This document shows, piece after piece, positions 1 to 9,798 of a DNA stretch of 64,000 nt (the first letter of the stretch is position 1; each line of letters opens with the position of its first letter). The notes below the pieces were generated by a model. The model saw only the letters and a list, made by a program, of their open reading frames with translations. It made no database searches and was not told the DNA's origin. Source of the stretch: an uncultured Thermoplasmata archaeon. Its GTDB lineage: Archaea > Thermoplasmatota > Thermoplasmata > Lutacidiplasmatales > UBA184. The DNA is taken from the NCBI GenBank assembly GCA_963804525.1, contig CAWDQO010000003.1, positions 16,687-80,686 of the forward strand, read 5' to 3'. The position numbers and the translations under genes are program-made.

Positions 1-806
1 AATCGGGCGATGCTGCCGGTCGTCAGCGCCCGACGCTCGAACGTGTTCCAGAGAGCCATCGAAAGCCCGATGCTGACGATGCCGCAAAGGGCCACACACC
101 CCCAGAGGTGGAGCATCGTGCCGAGGGGCGCCCCCGCAAGCCCCGCGCGGACCGCCGAGATTCCCCACGTCAAGGGCAGGAGGTCGCCGACATATTGCAG
201 CGGGAGCGGGAGGACGGAGAGTGGAAAGTTCGCGCCGGAAAGGAGGAGCCCGAGGAACAGGAAGATGTTCCCGAGAATGATCGACGTCCGCAGGTAGAGC
301 GCGACGCCGCCGAGCAGGAGTCCGAACCCGACCATCGCGAACGCGGTGAGGACGATCGAGATGGCGAGATTGCCGACGCTCGCGACGGCGAACGGGACGT
401 GGAACAGCACGACGGCGTAGACGATCGCGATCGCCACCGTGGCGAGCGAGCACAGGACCGGGATCAGCCCCCGCCCAAAGTACAGGGCGAATCGGTTCGC
501 GGGCGAGACGAGGAGGTGTTCCATCGTCCCGGCCTCCTTCTCATTGTCCGTCGTCTGGCAGACCGAGAACACCGAGGAGTAAGTGACGGTCGCCACCGCG
601 TTCCCGACCACGACGAACGCGACCCCGCCCGGCGTGCCTGAGAGCATCGCGACGAACGCGAAGAACGTCATCTGGGTGAGCGGGATGACGAAGATCGTCC
701 CGAGGACGAAATCGAGGCGCATGAACCCGAGGCTCGTCCGCGGGGCGAAGATCGCGTTCACCCAGAACGTCCGGGCGAACGAGGATCGCAAAGGGGCGTT
801 AGTCAC
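1..806 (-). CDS. ABC-2 type transporter permease (second permease; 3' end beyond window start)
   Basis: The ORF is absent from the track because it has no stop inside the window. My minus-strand translation from GTG 804-806, with GGAGGTGGAG just upstream, gives VTNAPLRSSFARTFWVNAIFAPRTSLGFMRLDFVLGTIFVIPLTQ...YVGDLLPLTWGISAVRAGLAG. It has multiple hydrophobic spans and lies co-directional with, and 13 nt after, the preceding permease. Confidence 0.75.
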   Translation of the reverse strand, partial: MTNAPLRSSFARTFWVNAIFAPRTSLGFMRLDFVLGTIFVIPLTQMTFFAFVAMLSGTPGGVAFVVVGNAVATVTYSSVFSVCQTTDNEKEAGTMEHLLVSPANRFALYFGRGLIPVLCSLATVAIAIVYAVVLFHVPFAVASVGNLAISIVLTAFAMVGFGLLLGGVALYLRTSIILGNIFLFLGLLLSGANFPLSVLPLPLQYVGDLLPLTWGISAVRAGLAGAPLGTMLHLWGCVALCGIVSIGLSMALWNTFERRALTTGSIAR

Positions 807-818
807 GGTCTCCACCTC

Positions 819-1578
819 CTACCAGTCGTTCAGGTCGCCGGCCTCGAGGACGTGTCGCTCGACCCGGTGGAAGACGGTCCCCGCGATCAGGAGGTAGACC
901 CCCGTCGTCGCGACCGCACCGGCCATATCCCCCCAGAACCCCCACGAGAACCCCTGGTACCCCGGGATCGCGAGGTACCGGAGGGCGTCGAGGGCCCACG
1001 TCGGGGGGAGGACGAGCGAGATCGGGTTCGACCAGAACGGAAGGAGTACGACGGGGAACATGCAGCCCGTCCCGATGTAGAAGGCGAACTCCCCGATGTT
1101 CTGGACGAACCCCGCGTACCGCGTGTACACGTAGGCCGCGGCGAAGACGACCCCGACGGCGGCGAGGGTGACGATGACGAAGACGAACATCAGGAAGAAC
1201 AGCAGCGGGTTCGCCAGCGGGATCGGGTGGCCGTAGGTGGCGGCGACGACGACGAACACGATCGCCCCTCCGAACAAGCCGGCGACGGTGTTCCAGATCA
1301 CCCGGCCGAGGACGACGTAGACGTAGGGCGTCGGGGCGGCGAGCGTCGGCTCGAGGGTGCCGAGGTGCCGGTCCTGCCCGGTCGCCCAGCCACTCCCGTA
1401 GAGGGTCTGGCCCCACATGCTCATCATCCCGGCGCCGAGGATCGCGTAGAGGACGAAGTACGGGCCGGCGCCGGTGAACAGCTCGATACGAGACGAGCCC
1501 GAAGATGACCGGGGCGATGAGGCTCGGGACGAGCCACTGCGGGTCGGCGAGGAACGTCAGGATCGAGAGCCGGAGCAC
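819..1578 (-). CDS. ABC-2 type transporter permease, reading frame interrupted near 1485-1495
   Basis: The N-terminus (M)LRLSILTFLADPQWLVPSLIAPVIFGLVSY is in the frame of ORF 799..1578. The rest, IELFTGAGPYFVLYAILGAGMMSMWGQTLYGSGW...PPTWALDALRYL, is in the frame of ORF 819..1427. Both pieces look like a membrane permease. The true start is uncertain because the open frame continues upstream as RRRSLLAV. Confidence 0.7.
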
Positions 1579-1622
1579 GGCGAGGAGCGAGCGCCGGCGG
1601 AGTACGTCGCCGCCGACACCGA

Positions 1623-2606
1623 CTAGCCCGCCTCCTCTTCGACCAGGTCGAGATAGATGTCCTCGAGCGACGTACGACGCTCCCGGACGGCGAGCTCCGG
1701 GTGGTTGACCAACTGGCCCCGGACGGCGTCGAGGCTCAGCTCGTTCGTCCGGACCCGCATCGTCAGCCGAAGGCGGGGGCCGAACTCCTCGCTCATGACC
1801 CGGGAGACGCCCGGGAGGTGGTTCAACCGGGAGATCTCCCCGTCGTCGAAGCCGTACGCCTCGACCTCGATGGTCCGGTCCCCTCCGACGAGCTTTCGAA
1901 GCCCGGCCACGGTGTCCCGGGCGACGATCTTGCCGCGGCTCAGGACCGCGATCCGCTGGCAGAGCTCCTCCGCCTCGAACATGTAGTGGGTGGTGAGGAA
2001 GATCGTGACGCCGTCGGCGACCAGCCCCCGGATGAGCTTCCGCGTCTCGCGCGCACTCTTCGGGTCGAGGCCGATCGTCGGCTCGTCGAGGAAGAGGACC
2101 TCGGGGCCGTGGAGGATCCCGCGGGCGAGGTGCAGTTTCTGCTTCATCCCACGGGAGTACTCCTCGACTCGCCGGTCGGCCGGCTCGGTGAGGCCGACCC
2201 GGTCGAGGACCTCCTGGATCCGCCGGTCCCGGTGGGCGAGGGGCACGCCGTAGATATCTGCGAAGTACCGGAGGTTCTCTCGGGCGCTGATCCGGTTGTA
2301 GAGCCCCCGTTCTCCGCCGAGGACGAGTCCGATTCGGGGACGGAGCTCGGCCGCCTGCCGGACCACGTCGAGACCCAGGACCTGGACGGTGCCGCTCGTG
2401 GGGATGAGCAGGGTCGACAGGACCTTCGTGAACGTCGTCTTGCCGGCCCCATTCGGTCCGAGGAGGCCGAAGATCTCCCCCGCATCGACGTCGAGGTCGA
2501 CGCCCCGGAGAGCCTCGGTCCGGACGAGCTCGTCGAAGAAGAACCCTTTCCTGCTCTCGAAGACCCGCCGGACATCGCGGGCGTGGATTGCGGGGTTCGT
2601 CGTCAT
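1623..2606 (-). CDS. ABC transporter ATP-binding protein (ABC-2/DrrA-like)
   Basis: Walker A is GPNGAGKTT, the signature is YSRGMKQKL and Walker B is VLFLDEPT. It is the first gene of the ATPase-permease-permease operon. Confidence 0.93.
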   Translation of the reverse strand: MTTNPAIHARDVRRVFESRKGFFFDELVRTEALRGVDLDVDAGEIFGLLGPNGAGKTTFTKVLSTLLIPTSGTVQVLGLDVVRQAAELRPRIGLVLGGERGLYNRISARENLRYFADIYGVPLAHRDRRIQEVLDRVGLTEPADRRVEEYSRGMKQKLHLARGILHGPEVLFLDEPTIGLDPKSARETRKLIRGLVADGVTIFLTTHYMFEAEELCQRIAVLSRGKIVARDTVAGLRKLVGGDRTIEVEAYGFDDGEISRLNHLPGVSRVMSEEFGPRLRLTMRVRTNELSLDAVRGQLVNHPELAVRERRTSLEDIYLDLVEEEAG

Positions 2607-2958
2607 CGGTACGGCTCGAGGAAGGCGCGCGCGAGGGTTCGCACTCCTACATACCCGTTACCCCTTTCTCTCGTCAGGTGAGGTCGTGAAACGGCACACG
2701 CCCTGTTGGAGGACCCGGGGACTCGAGCGTGGCCGAACCTCCCCGGAGGTCGGGTTGATTCCGGCGTCGTTCGCGGTCGATTCCGAGGGGCGGATCCTCG
2801 CGCACGACTCGGCGCCGGGAGGAATTCTCACCTTCCCGGCGGATGGGAGCCCGTACGGATTCGAGATCTACTCCCGGCCGTACGAGGTCGTCCGCGTGCA
2901 GGGAATCTGTGCCGCGTCGGCCCTTCCGTGACGAGACGGGCCCTCGATTCCTCAAGGG

Positions 2959-2964
2959 TTATAA
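2959..2964 (+). promoter_or_regulatory. TATA-like box (TTATAA) about 30 nt upstream of the E1-alpha ATG
   Basis: This is the only AT-rich hexamer in a GC-rich spacer. Its distance to ATG 2993 fits an archaeal promoter for a leaderless or short-leader mRNA. Confidence 0.45.
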
Positions 2965-2992
2965 CGAATGGCCCGGTCGCGCGACCGGTCCG

Positions 2993-4075
2993 ATGGCGAG
3001 CGGAGCGGAGGAGCCGTCCCAGCCAGTCGCCCCGGACGCCTCGCTCGACGTGCCGGACGCCGAGCTGCCGAAGATCTACAAGGCGATGGTCCTCGCACGG
3101 GCGATGGACGAGCGGTGCCTGACCCTGCAACGCCAGGGTCGGATCGGCTTCTACGTCCCCCTTCAGGGACAGGAGGCGGCCCAGGTCGGCTGCGCATGGG
3201 CGCTCGATTCCGAGGACTGGATCTTCCCGGCGTACCGCGAACTCGGGGTCGCCCTCGTCCGGGGCGTCCCGGTGAAATTGCTCCTCGACCAGTTCATCGG
3301 CAACTCGGGCGACGTCCTGAAGGGTCGCCAGATGCCGAACCATTACGGGTACCGGGAGTTCCGGTTTGTCACCGCTTCGAGCCCGGTCGGTACCCAGATC
3401 TCCCAGGCGGTCGGCGCCGCCATGGCGGCCCGCTGGAAGGGGGAGGAGATCGTGACCGTCACGTTTTTCGGGGACGGAACCACGAGCTCGAACGACTTCC
3501 ACGCCGGACTCAATTTCGCTGGGGTCTTCCAGGCGCCGACGATCTTCTTCTGCCAGAACAACCAGTGGGCGATTTCGCTTCCCCGGGAACGGCAGACCCG
3601 GAGCGAAACGCTCGCGGCCAAGGCGACTGCCTACGGGTTCCCTGGCGTCGTGGTCGATGGGACCGACGTCCACGCCGTGTACCATGCGGTCCGTGAGGCG
3701 CGGGAACGGGCGCTCGCCGGAAAAGGCCCGACCCTCATCGAGGCGCAGGTCTACCGGCTCGGGCCCCACTCGACGTCGGACGACCCCCGCCGGTACCGGA
3801 CCGACGCCGAGCTCCAGCTGTGGAAGGACAAGGACCCCCTCGCGCGCCTGAAGCACGAGCTCCTCACTTCCGGCGCACTGACCGAGCCGGACGATGCGGC
3901 CCTGTGGGAATCGACCCGGAAGGAGGTCGTCGCCGCCTTCGCCTCGGCCGAGGAGACCACGCCGGTCGACCCCCTCACGATGTTCGACGATGTCTTCGCG
4001 GAGCGGACCCCGCAACTCGAGCGCCAGCGGGCCGAGTTCGCCGAACTCCTGAAGGACGGGAGGATTCATCCGTGA
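2993..4075 (+). CDS. 2-oxoacid dehydrogenase E1 component, alpha subunit (TPP-dependent)
   Basis: The start is the internal ATG at codon 51 of ORF 2843..4075. Motifs are LQRQGRIGFY and the TPP motif GDGTTSSNDFHAGLNFAGVFQAPTIFFCQNNQWAIS, plus YRLGPHSTSDDP. Confidence 0.92.
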   Translation: MASGAEEPSQPVAPDASLDVPDAELPKIYKAMVLARAMDERCLTLQRQGRIGFYVPLQGQEAAQVGCAWALDSEDWIFPAYRELGVALVRGVPVKLLLDQFIGNSGDVLKGRQMPNHYGYREFRFVTASSPVGTQISQAVGAAMAARWKGEEIVTVTFFGDGTTSSNDFHAGLNFAGVFQAPTIFFCQNNQWAISLPRERQTRSETLAAKATAYGFPGVVVDGTDVHAVYHAVREARERALAGKGPTLIEAQVYRLGPHSTSDDPRRYRTDAELQLWKDKDPLARLKHELLTSGALTEPDDAALWESTRKEVVAAFASAEETTPVDPLTMFDDVFAERTPQLERQRAEFAELLKDGRIHP

Positions 4076-5049
4076 CCGAGCTCACGATCGTCCAGGCGAT
4101 CAACCGGGGACTTGGGGAGGCGATGCGGGCCGACCCCGACGTTCTGCTCCTCGGCGAAGACATCGGAGTCAACGGAGGCGTCTTCCGCGCCACCGAGGGC
4201 CTGTTCAAGGAGTTCGGGGGCGACCGCGTGATCGATACCCCGCTGAGCGAGACGGGGATCGTGGGCGCGGCGATCGGGATGGCGCTCTACGGCCTGAAGC
4301 CCATCGCGGAGATCCAATTTCTCGATTTCATCTATCCCGCGTTCGACCAGATCGTCAGCGAGCTCGCGAAGTTCCGGTACCGCTCCGGGGGCCAGTATCC
4401 GTGCCACGTCGTCATCCGGTCTCCGTACGGGGGCGGGATCAAGGGCGGGCTCTACCACTCGCAATCGAGCGAGGCGTACTTCGCCCACACCGCCGGCCTG
4501 AAGGTCGTCATTCCGTCGACCCCCGCCGATGCGAAGGGGTTGCTCGCGACCGCCATCTCCGACCCGGACCCGGTCCTGTTCCTCGAGCCGAAACGGATCT
4601 ACCGGGCCGTCTCCGGCGAGGTCCCCGAGGGAGAGCTGAAGGTCCCGTTCGGCGAGGCCCGTCTCGCCCGCGAGGGGACCGACCTCACGATCTTCGCGTA
4701 CGGCGCGATGATCCCGCCCTCGGTCGCGGCCGCCGAGTCGCTCGCCGCCGACGGTACGAGCGCGGAGGTCGTCGACCTAAGGACGCTCGTCCCGCTCGAT
4801 GAGAAGGCGGTGCTCGCCTCCGTGGAGAAGACCGGACGGGCCGTGATCGTCCACGAGGCGCCGCGGTTCTGCGGGTTCGGTGCCGAGCTCGCCGCGATCC
4901 TCGCCGAGCAGGCGTTCTTCTCGCTGAAGGCGCCGGTCCAGCGGGTCACCGGGTACGACACCCCGTTCCCGTACGCCCTCGAGAACGCGTACCTCCCGAA
5001 CGCCGAACGGATCGTCCACGCCGCCAAGACGGCGCTCTCGGCCGGGTGA
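4072..5049 (+). CDS. 2-oxoacid dehydrogenase E1 component, beta subunit
   Basis: The GTG start overlaps the alpha stop (GTGA). The translation reads VTELTIVQAINRGLGEAMRADPDVLLLGEDIG...IDTPLSETGIVGAAIGMAL...RVTGYDTPFPY. Confidence 0.92.
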   Translation: MTELTIVQAINRGLGEAMRADPDVLLLGEDIGVNGGVFRATEGLFKEFGGDRVIDTPLSETGIVGAAIGMALYGLKPIAEIQFLDFIYPAFDQIVSELAKFRYRSGGQYPCHVVIRSPYGGGIKGGLYHSQSSEAYFAHTAGLKVVIPSTPADAKGLLATAISDPDPVLFLEPKRIYRAVSGEVPEGELKVPFGEARLAREGTDLTIFAYGAMIPPSVAAAESLAADGTSAEVVDLRTLVPLDEKAVLASVEKTGRAVIVHEAPRFCGFGAELAAILAEQAFFSLKAPVQRVTGYDTPFPYALENAYLPNAERIVHAAKTALSAG

Positions 5050-5059
5050 GGGGCGGTCG

Positions 5060-6388
5060 GTGGCGTACGAGTTCCGGCTCCCCGACATCGGGGAGGGGGT
5101 CGCGGAGGGCGAGGTCGTCAAGTGGTTCGTCCAGGAAGGTGCCACCGTCCAGGAGGACGCGCCGCTCGTCTCAGTGCTGACCGACAAGGCGAACGTCGAG
5201 ATCCCGTCGCCGAAGTCCGGAACGGTCGTCAAGATCCACGCCAAGGAAGGCGAGAAGGTCAAGGTGGGCGGCCTCCTCGTCACCATCGAAACCGGTGCTC
5301 CTTCCGCCCCAAGCCCCTCGAAGCCGAGGGACGCCGCGGCGGCACCTTCCTCGGAGAATCCCGCCCCGACCGCCGCTCCCGCAGCCCCCACCGCCCCGGG
5401 CCCTCCGACGGCCTCTTCGGCTTCGACGCGCGTCCTCGCCTCCCCGTTCGTTCGTCGATTGGCCGCCGAGCGCGGAATCGACCTCTCGAACATCCGCGGC
5501 ACTGGTCCGGGCGGCCGGATCCAAGAGTCCGACCTTGGGGAGAGCGCCTCGGCTCCCCGGGCTCCGGCCTCCCCACCCCCCTCGGCGAGTGAGGGACCAG
5601 TACCGACCCCGGCCTCCGTATCTCCGGATGCTCCGCATGCGCCGGCCGCGGCCTCCGCCCCGGCTCCCGCGTCCGGCTCGGGAGACTTCGAGCGGGTACC
5701 GATCCGCGGGGTCCGGCGCGTCATCTTCGAGCACATGGGCACGGCGACCCACACAGCGGCGTTGTACACCTACGTCGAGGAGGTCGACGCGACCGAGCTG
5801 GTCCGATGGCGGGAGCGGATGGCGAAACACGTGGAGAAGAATGGAGTGAAGCTCTCCTACCTCCCTCTCATCCTCAAGGCGGTCGTCGCCGGACTCCGCA
5901 CCCAGCCCTGGATGAACGCCCGTATGGACGACGAGCACCAGGAACTGCACGTGTACCCCGAAGCGCACATCGGGATCGCAACGGCCGCGCCGGAAGGGCT
6001 CATCGTCCCGGTGGTCCGCAACGTCGAGCGGAAGAGCGTCTCGCAGCTCGCGAAGGAGATCGGCGAGCTCGCCGAACGGGGCCGCGCCGGAAAGCTGACC
6101 CGGGCCGAGCTGACCGGGGGGACCTTCACGATCACCAGCCTCGGAGCCCTCGGGGGGGTCCTCGCCACACCGATCGTGAACTACCCCGAGGTCGCGATCC
6201 TCGGCGTGCACCGGATCGTGAAGCGACCGGTCTACCTCGCGGACGGGACGATTGCGCCGGCGCATCTGATGAACCTCTCGGTCTCGCTCGACCACCGGGT
6301 CCTCGACGGGATCGTGGGGGCGCAGTTCCTCCAGGTCGTCAAATCCCACCTCGAGGACCCTCACCAACTCTTCGCCGAGCTCGCGTAG
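5060..6388 (+). CDS. Dihydrolipoamide acyltransferase E2 (lipoyl domain, subunit-binding domain, catalytic domain)
   Basis: The lipoyl-lysine context is VLTDKANVEIPSP. The peripheral subunit-binding domain is ASPFVRRLAAERGIDLSNIRGTGPGGRI, and the catalytic motif is SLDHRVLDG. Confidence 0.93.
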   Translation: MAYEFRLPDIGEGVAEGEVVKWFVQEGATVQEDAPLVSVLTDKANVEIPSPKSGTVVKIHAKEGEKVKVGGLLVTIETGAPSAPSPSKPRDAAAAPSSENPAPTAAPAAPTAPGPPTASSASTRVLASPFVRRLAAERGIDLSNIRGTGPGGRIQESDLGESASAPRAPASPPPSASEGPVPTPASVSPDAPHAPAAASAPAPASGSGDFERVPIRGVRRVIFEHMGTATHTAALYTYVEEVDATELVRWRERMAKHVEKNGVKLSYLPLILKAVVAGLRTQPWMNARMDDEHQELHVYPEAHIGIATAAPEGLIVPVVRNVERKSVSQLAKEIGELAERGRAGKLTRAELTGGTFTITSLGALGGVLATPIVNYPEVAILGVHRIVKRPVYLADGTIAPAHLMNLSVSLDHRVLDGIVGAQFLQVVKSHLEDPHQLFAELA

Positions 6389-6643
6389 GCGAATCCCGCG
6401 GCGACTCGGCAGGACACCTGCGACGGGGTTGACTTGACCAAGGGGGGCCGCCCGCGGTTGGCGCCTATTCGGCGATGGTCGGAATCCCTCGCGCCGGGAA
6501 CGTCTCGGACCGCCCGACCTCTCGGGAGAGAGTTCAAGCCAAGCGCGGAGTTCCGCAGCAACGGAGGAATGCCCGGTGAGGCCGGGACGGAGTCGAAGCG
6601 CATCCAGGGCCTTGGTGGCAGACCTCTCCCTCGGGGTGGGCGG

Positions 6644-7690
6644 ATGACCGAGACGCCCGCCGTCGTCCCTCTGGAGTACTCGACAGACTCGCTCGCCGAG
6701 CTTCTCGGACCGGACTGGTCGCCGACCCTCGTCAATGCGTTCCGCTGGATGACCCTCGCTCGCGTCCTGGACGGACGGATGCTCGCCCTCCAACGCCAGG
6801 GGCGGATCGGCTTCTACGGCCCGGCGACGGGCCAGGAAGCGGTCAGCGTGGGAGCGGCCCTTTCGGTGGGGCCGACCGATTGGGTGTTCCCTGGCCTTCG
6901 GGAGCAGCTGATCGCCCTCGCCCGGGGACACTCGCTCACGACGTACCTCCACCACCTGTTCGCCGACGACCTTGACCCCGCGCGCGGACGCCAGATGCCG
7001 TGCCATCCGTCGGCCCGCGAGGTCCGGTACGTGTCGATGTCGTCGGTGATCGGAACGCAGATCACCCAGGCGGTCGGTCTCGCCTACGCGCTCAAGGTCC
7101 GGGGTGACCCGTCGGTGGCCCTCGCCTTCTTCGGGGACGGAGCGACGAGCGCGAACGACTTCCATGCGGGCGCGAACCTCGCGGCCGTCTGGCAGGCACC
7201 GGTCGTCCTGTGCTGCACCAACAATCAGTGGGCGATCTCGGTCCCGGTCGAGCGTCAGACCCATTCGGCAACGATCGCGGAGAAGTCGTCTGCCTATGGA
7301 TTGCCGGGGGAGCGGGTCGATGGGACCGACGTCGTGGCGGTGACGAGCCGGCTGAGGGCGGCCGTCGCCCGCGCCCGCTCGGGCGGAGGCGCGACCCTCC
7401 TCGAGTTCGTCGTGTTCCGGATGACCCCGCACTCGAGCTCCGACGACCCCAGCCGGTACCAGGACCCGGAGTTCCTCCTTCGGGCGCGCCAGAAGGACCC
7501 GTACCTTCGCCTCGAGCTCCTCCTCCGGTCCCTCGACCTCGCCGACGACGGCAAGATCGCCGGATGGCGCGAGGAATCCGACGCCTCGGTCCGGGCCGCG
7601 ATCGAGGTCGCCGAGCGGACGCCCCCGCCCGCCCCGGAGTCGCTCGGGACCGACGTGTTCGCGCCGACCGGCCCCCCCGCACCGTCTTAG
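6644..7690 (+). CDS. Second E1 alpha-subunit paralogue (no adjacent beta subunit)
   Basis: The start is the ATG at codon 71 of ORF 6434..7690. It keeps LQRQGRIGFYGP and the TPP motif GDGATSANDFHAGANLAAVWQAPVVLCCTNNQWAIS, plus FRMTPHSSSDDP. Confidence 0.88.
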   Translation: MTETPAVVPLEYSTDSLAELLGPDWSPTLVNAFRWMTLARVLDGRMLALQRQGRIGFYGPATGQEAVSVGAALSVGPTDWVFPGLREQLIALARGHSLTTYLHHLFADDLDPARGRQMPCHPSAREVRYVSMSSVIGTQITQAVGLAYALKVRGDPSVALAFFGDGATSANDFHAGANLAAVWQAPVVLCCTNNQWAISVPVERQTHSATIAEKSSAYGLPGERVDGTDVVAVTSRLRAAVARARSGGGATLLEFVVFRMTPHSSSDDPSRYQDPEFLLRARQKDPYLRLELLLRSLDLADDGKIAGWREESDASVRAAIEVAERTPPPAPESLGTDVFAPTGPPAPS

Positions 7691-7715
7691 GCCGGGGCGG
7701 TTCCCCCACCGCACC

Positions 7716-9161
7716 ATGGCGGGAACGTACGCGCGACAGACCGACCTCCTCGTCATCGGCGGCGGACCGGGGGGATACGTCGCCGCGATCCGGGCCGGTC
7801 AGCTCGGGGTCAAGACCCTCCTGATCGAGAAGCGGGAGCTCGGCGGGGAGTGCCTGAACCGCGGGTGCATCCCGTCGAAGGCCCTCATCCACGCCGCCGG
7901 GCTTTACCACGCCCTCCGAACCGAAGGGCCGGGGATCGGCGTCGAGGCCGACGCCGTCCGGTTCGACCTCGCGAAAGCGATGCAGTGGAAGGAATCCGTG
8001 GTCGCGAAGGAGCGGAGCGGGGTCGCGATGCTCCTCAAGTCGGCGGGGGTCTCCGTCCTGTTCGGCGAGGCCCGATTCACGGGCCCGCGGTCGGCCGAGC
8101 TCGCCGCCGCCGACGGCGGACGGGAGCGGATCGACTTCGCGAAGGCGATCGTTGCAACGGGCGCGGTCCCGACGATCCTCCCCGGGTTCGAGCCCGATGG
8201 CGCCCGCGTGTCGACGCCGGAGCAGCTCCTCGGCTGGACGTCCCTCCCGAAGAGCCTCCTCGTCCTCGGAGGGGGGGTCAGCGGCTGCGAGCTCGGCGAA
8301 TTCCTCGCCGAGGTCGGAGTAGCCGTCACGATCGTCGAATGGATGCCCCAGATCCTTCCCGGCCTCGACCCCGACCTCGCGCAGGAACTCGCGCGGTCGC
8401 TCGCTCAGCTGGGTGTTGCGCTCCGAGTCGGCGCGAAAGCCACGAAGCTGGAGCGGACCGCCGACGGGGTGCAGCTCACCATCGAGTCGGGGGGGACGCA
8501 GGAGGTCCTCTCCGCCGAGCGTCTCTTCCTCACCATCGGGAAGCGCCCGGCGACCAACGACCTCGGGCTCGACGAGGCCGGGGTCCAACGGGACGCCAAG
8601 TCCGGGTTCCTCACCGTCAACGACCGCCAGCAGACGAACGTCCCGACGATCTTCGCCGTGGGGGACGTCGCGCGCCCGCCGATGCTCGCCCACAAGGCCT
8701 ACCGGGAGGGCGTGGTCGCGGCCGAGGTCGCCGCCGGGCGACCGACCCGCTACCAGTTCCAGGCGATCCCGTCGGTCGTGTTCACTTCGCCCGAGCTCGC
8801 GAGTGTCGGGTGGACAACCGCCGAGGCGACGGCCGCCGGACACCACCCCCGGGACGTCCGGTTCCCGTTCGCCGCGCTCGGACGGGCGCACGCCGCCCAC
8901 GCGACGACCGGATGGCTGAAGCTCGTCGGCGACGACACGACCGGGCTCGTCCTCGGGGTGCAGGCCGTGGGGGAGTCGGTCGGCGAGTTCATCGCCGAGG
9001 CGGCCCTCGCGATCGAGATGGGAGCGACGGTCCGCGACCTCGCCATGACGATCCATCCCCATCCGACGTTCTCCGAGACCCTCCAGGAAGCCGCCCTCCT
9101 GTGGCTCGGCGAGCCGTTCCACGTGGCCCGGAGGACCTCGGGTGCCGCTCGCCCTTCGTGA
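7716..9161 (+). CDS. lpdA: Dihydrolipoamide dehydrogenase E3
   Basis: The FAD fold motif is VIGGGPGGYVAA and the redox disulfide is GGECLNRGCIPSK. The C-terminal HPHPTFSE is the His-Glu dyad region. Confidence 0.95.
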   Translation: MAGTYARQTDLLVIGGGPGGYVAAIRAGQLGVKTLLIEKRELGGECLNRGCIPSKALIHAAGLYHALRTEGPGIGVEADAVRFDLAKAMQWKESVVAKERSGVAMLLKSAGVSVLFGEARFTGPRSAELAAADGGRERIDFAKAIVATGAVPTILPGFEPDGARVSTPEQLLGWTSLPKSLLVLGGGVSGCELGEFLAEVGVAVTIVEWMPQILPGLDPDLAQELARSLAQLGVALRVGAKATKLERTADGVQLTIESGGTQEVLSAERLFLTIGKRPATNDLGLDEAGVQRDAKSGFLTVNDRQQTNVPTIFAVGDVARPPMLAHKAYREGVVAAEVAAGRPTRYQFQAIPSVVFTSPELASVGWTTAEATAAGHHPRDVRFPFAALGRAHAAHATTGWLKLVGDDTTGLVLGVQAVGESVGEFIAEAALAIEMGATVRDLAMTIHPHPTFSETLQEAALLWLGEPFHVARRTSGAARPS

Positions 9162-9798
9162 GTGGGGCCGGTCCGACTACCCCGACGCCCTCGCCCGGAT
9201 GCGGGCCCTTCGGGCGGCTCGGCGACGCGGGGAGGTCCCCGATACCCTCGTTCTCACCGAGCACCCGCCTGTGATCACCGTCGGGGTCGGGGGGGCCGAC
9301 CCGCCGACCCTCCCGACGGACCTCCCGGTCGTCCACGTCGAGCGTGGGGGCATGGCCACCTACCACGGACCCGGGCAGCTGGTGGGCTACGCCATCGTCG
9401 ACCTCGACGCCCGTGGTCGCGACGTGCGGCGGTTCGTGCACGACCTCGAGGAGGTCGTCGCGCAGGCGGTCGGGGGACTCGGGATCCCCGCGTCCCGGGT
9501 TCCGGGCAAGCGCGGAGTCTGGGTCGACGACCGCCGGAAGATCGCCTCCGTCGGCGTGGCGGTCGAGGAATGGGTCACCTTCCACGGGTTCGCCCTCAAC
9601 GTCGACGTCGACCTCCGCGAGTTCGCCCGGTTCGACCCGTGCGGTCTCCCGGGGTCGGTGATGACCTCGGTCGCGCGGGAACTCGACCGACCCATCGTTC
9701 CGGGGCAGCTCCTCGCGCCGGTCGCCACCGCGTGGGAGACGGTGTTCGGCACCCCGTACGTCCGCGCCGACCCGCCGCTCGCCCACGTTCCCGCATGA
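9142..9798 (+). CDS. lipB: Octanoyl/lipoyl transferase LipB
   Basis: Motifs are LVLTEHPPVITVG, RGGMATYHGPGQLVGY, KIASVGV and HGFALNV. The GTG start overlaps the lpdA end by 20 nt. Confidence 0.88.
   Translation: MPLALREWGRSDYPDALARMRALRAARRRGEVPDTLVLTEHPPVITVGVGGADPPTLPTDLPVVHVERGGMATYHGPGQLVGYAIVDLDARGRDVRRFVHDLEEVVAQAVGGLGIPASRVPGKRGVWVDDRRKIASVGVAVEEWVTFHGFALNVDVDLREFARFDPCGLPGSVMTSVARELDRPIVPGQLLAPVATAWETVFGTPYVRADPPLAHVPA

Noticed and set aside
6389-6643. 255-nt spacer inside the dehydrogenase operon, considered as a separate small gene. The track ORF begins at TTG 6434.
   Set aside because: The upstream part of ORF 6434..7690 is R/G/P-rich and unlike E1-alpha N-termini. The alignment of MTETPAVVPLEY... 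with the first paralogue supports ATG 6644. The spacer may hold an internal promoter, but I see no clear TATA element.
5171-7756. 861-aa minus-strand ORF antisense to the E2 and second E1-alpha genes. Similar giant ORFs occur at 7092..9122(-), 15273..18917(-), 24553..27180(-), 49317..52826(-), 55099..59421(+), 40432..41787(-) and 41769..43478(-).
   Set aside because: All are extremely R/G/P/D-rich with no recognisable motifs. Each lies exactly antisense to, or off-frame of, genes with clear family signatures. These are the classic shadow ORFs of a high-GC genome, where stop codons are rare.
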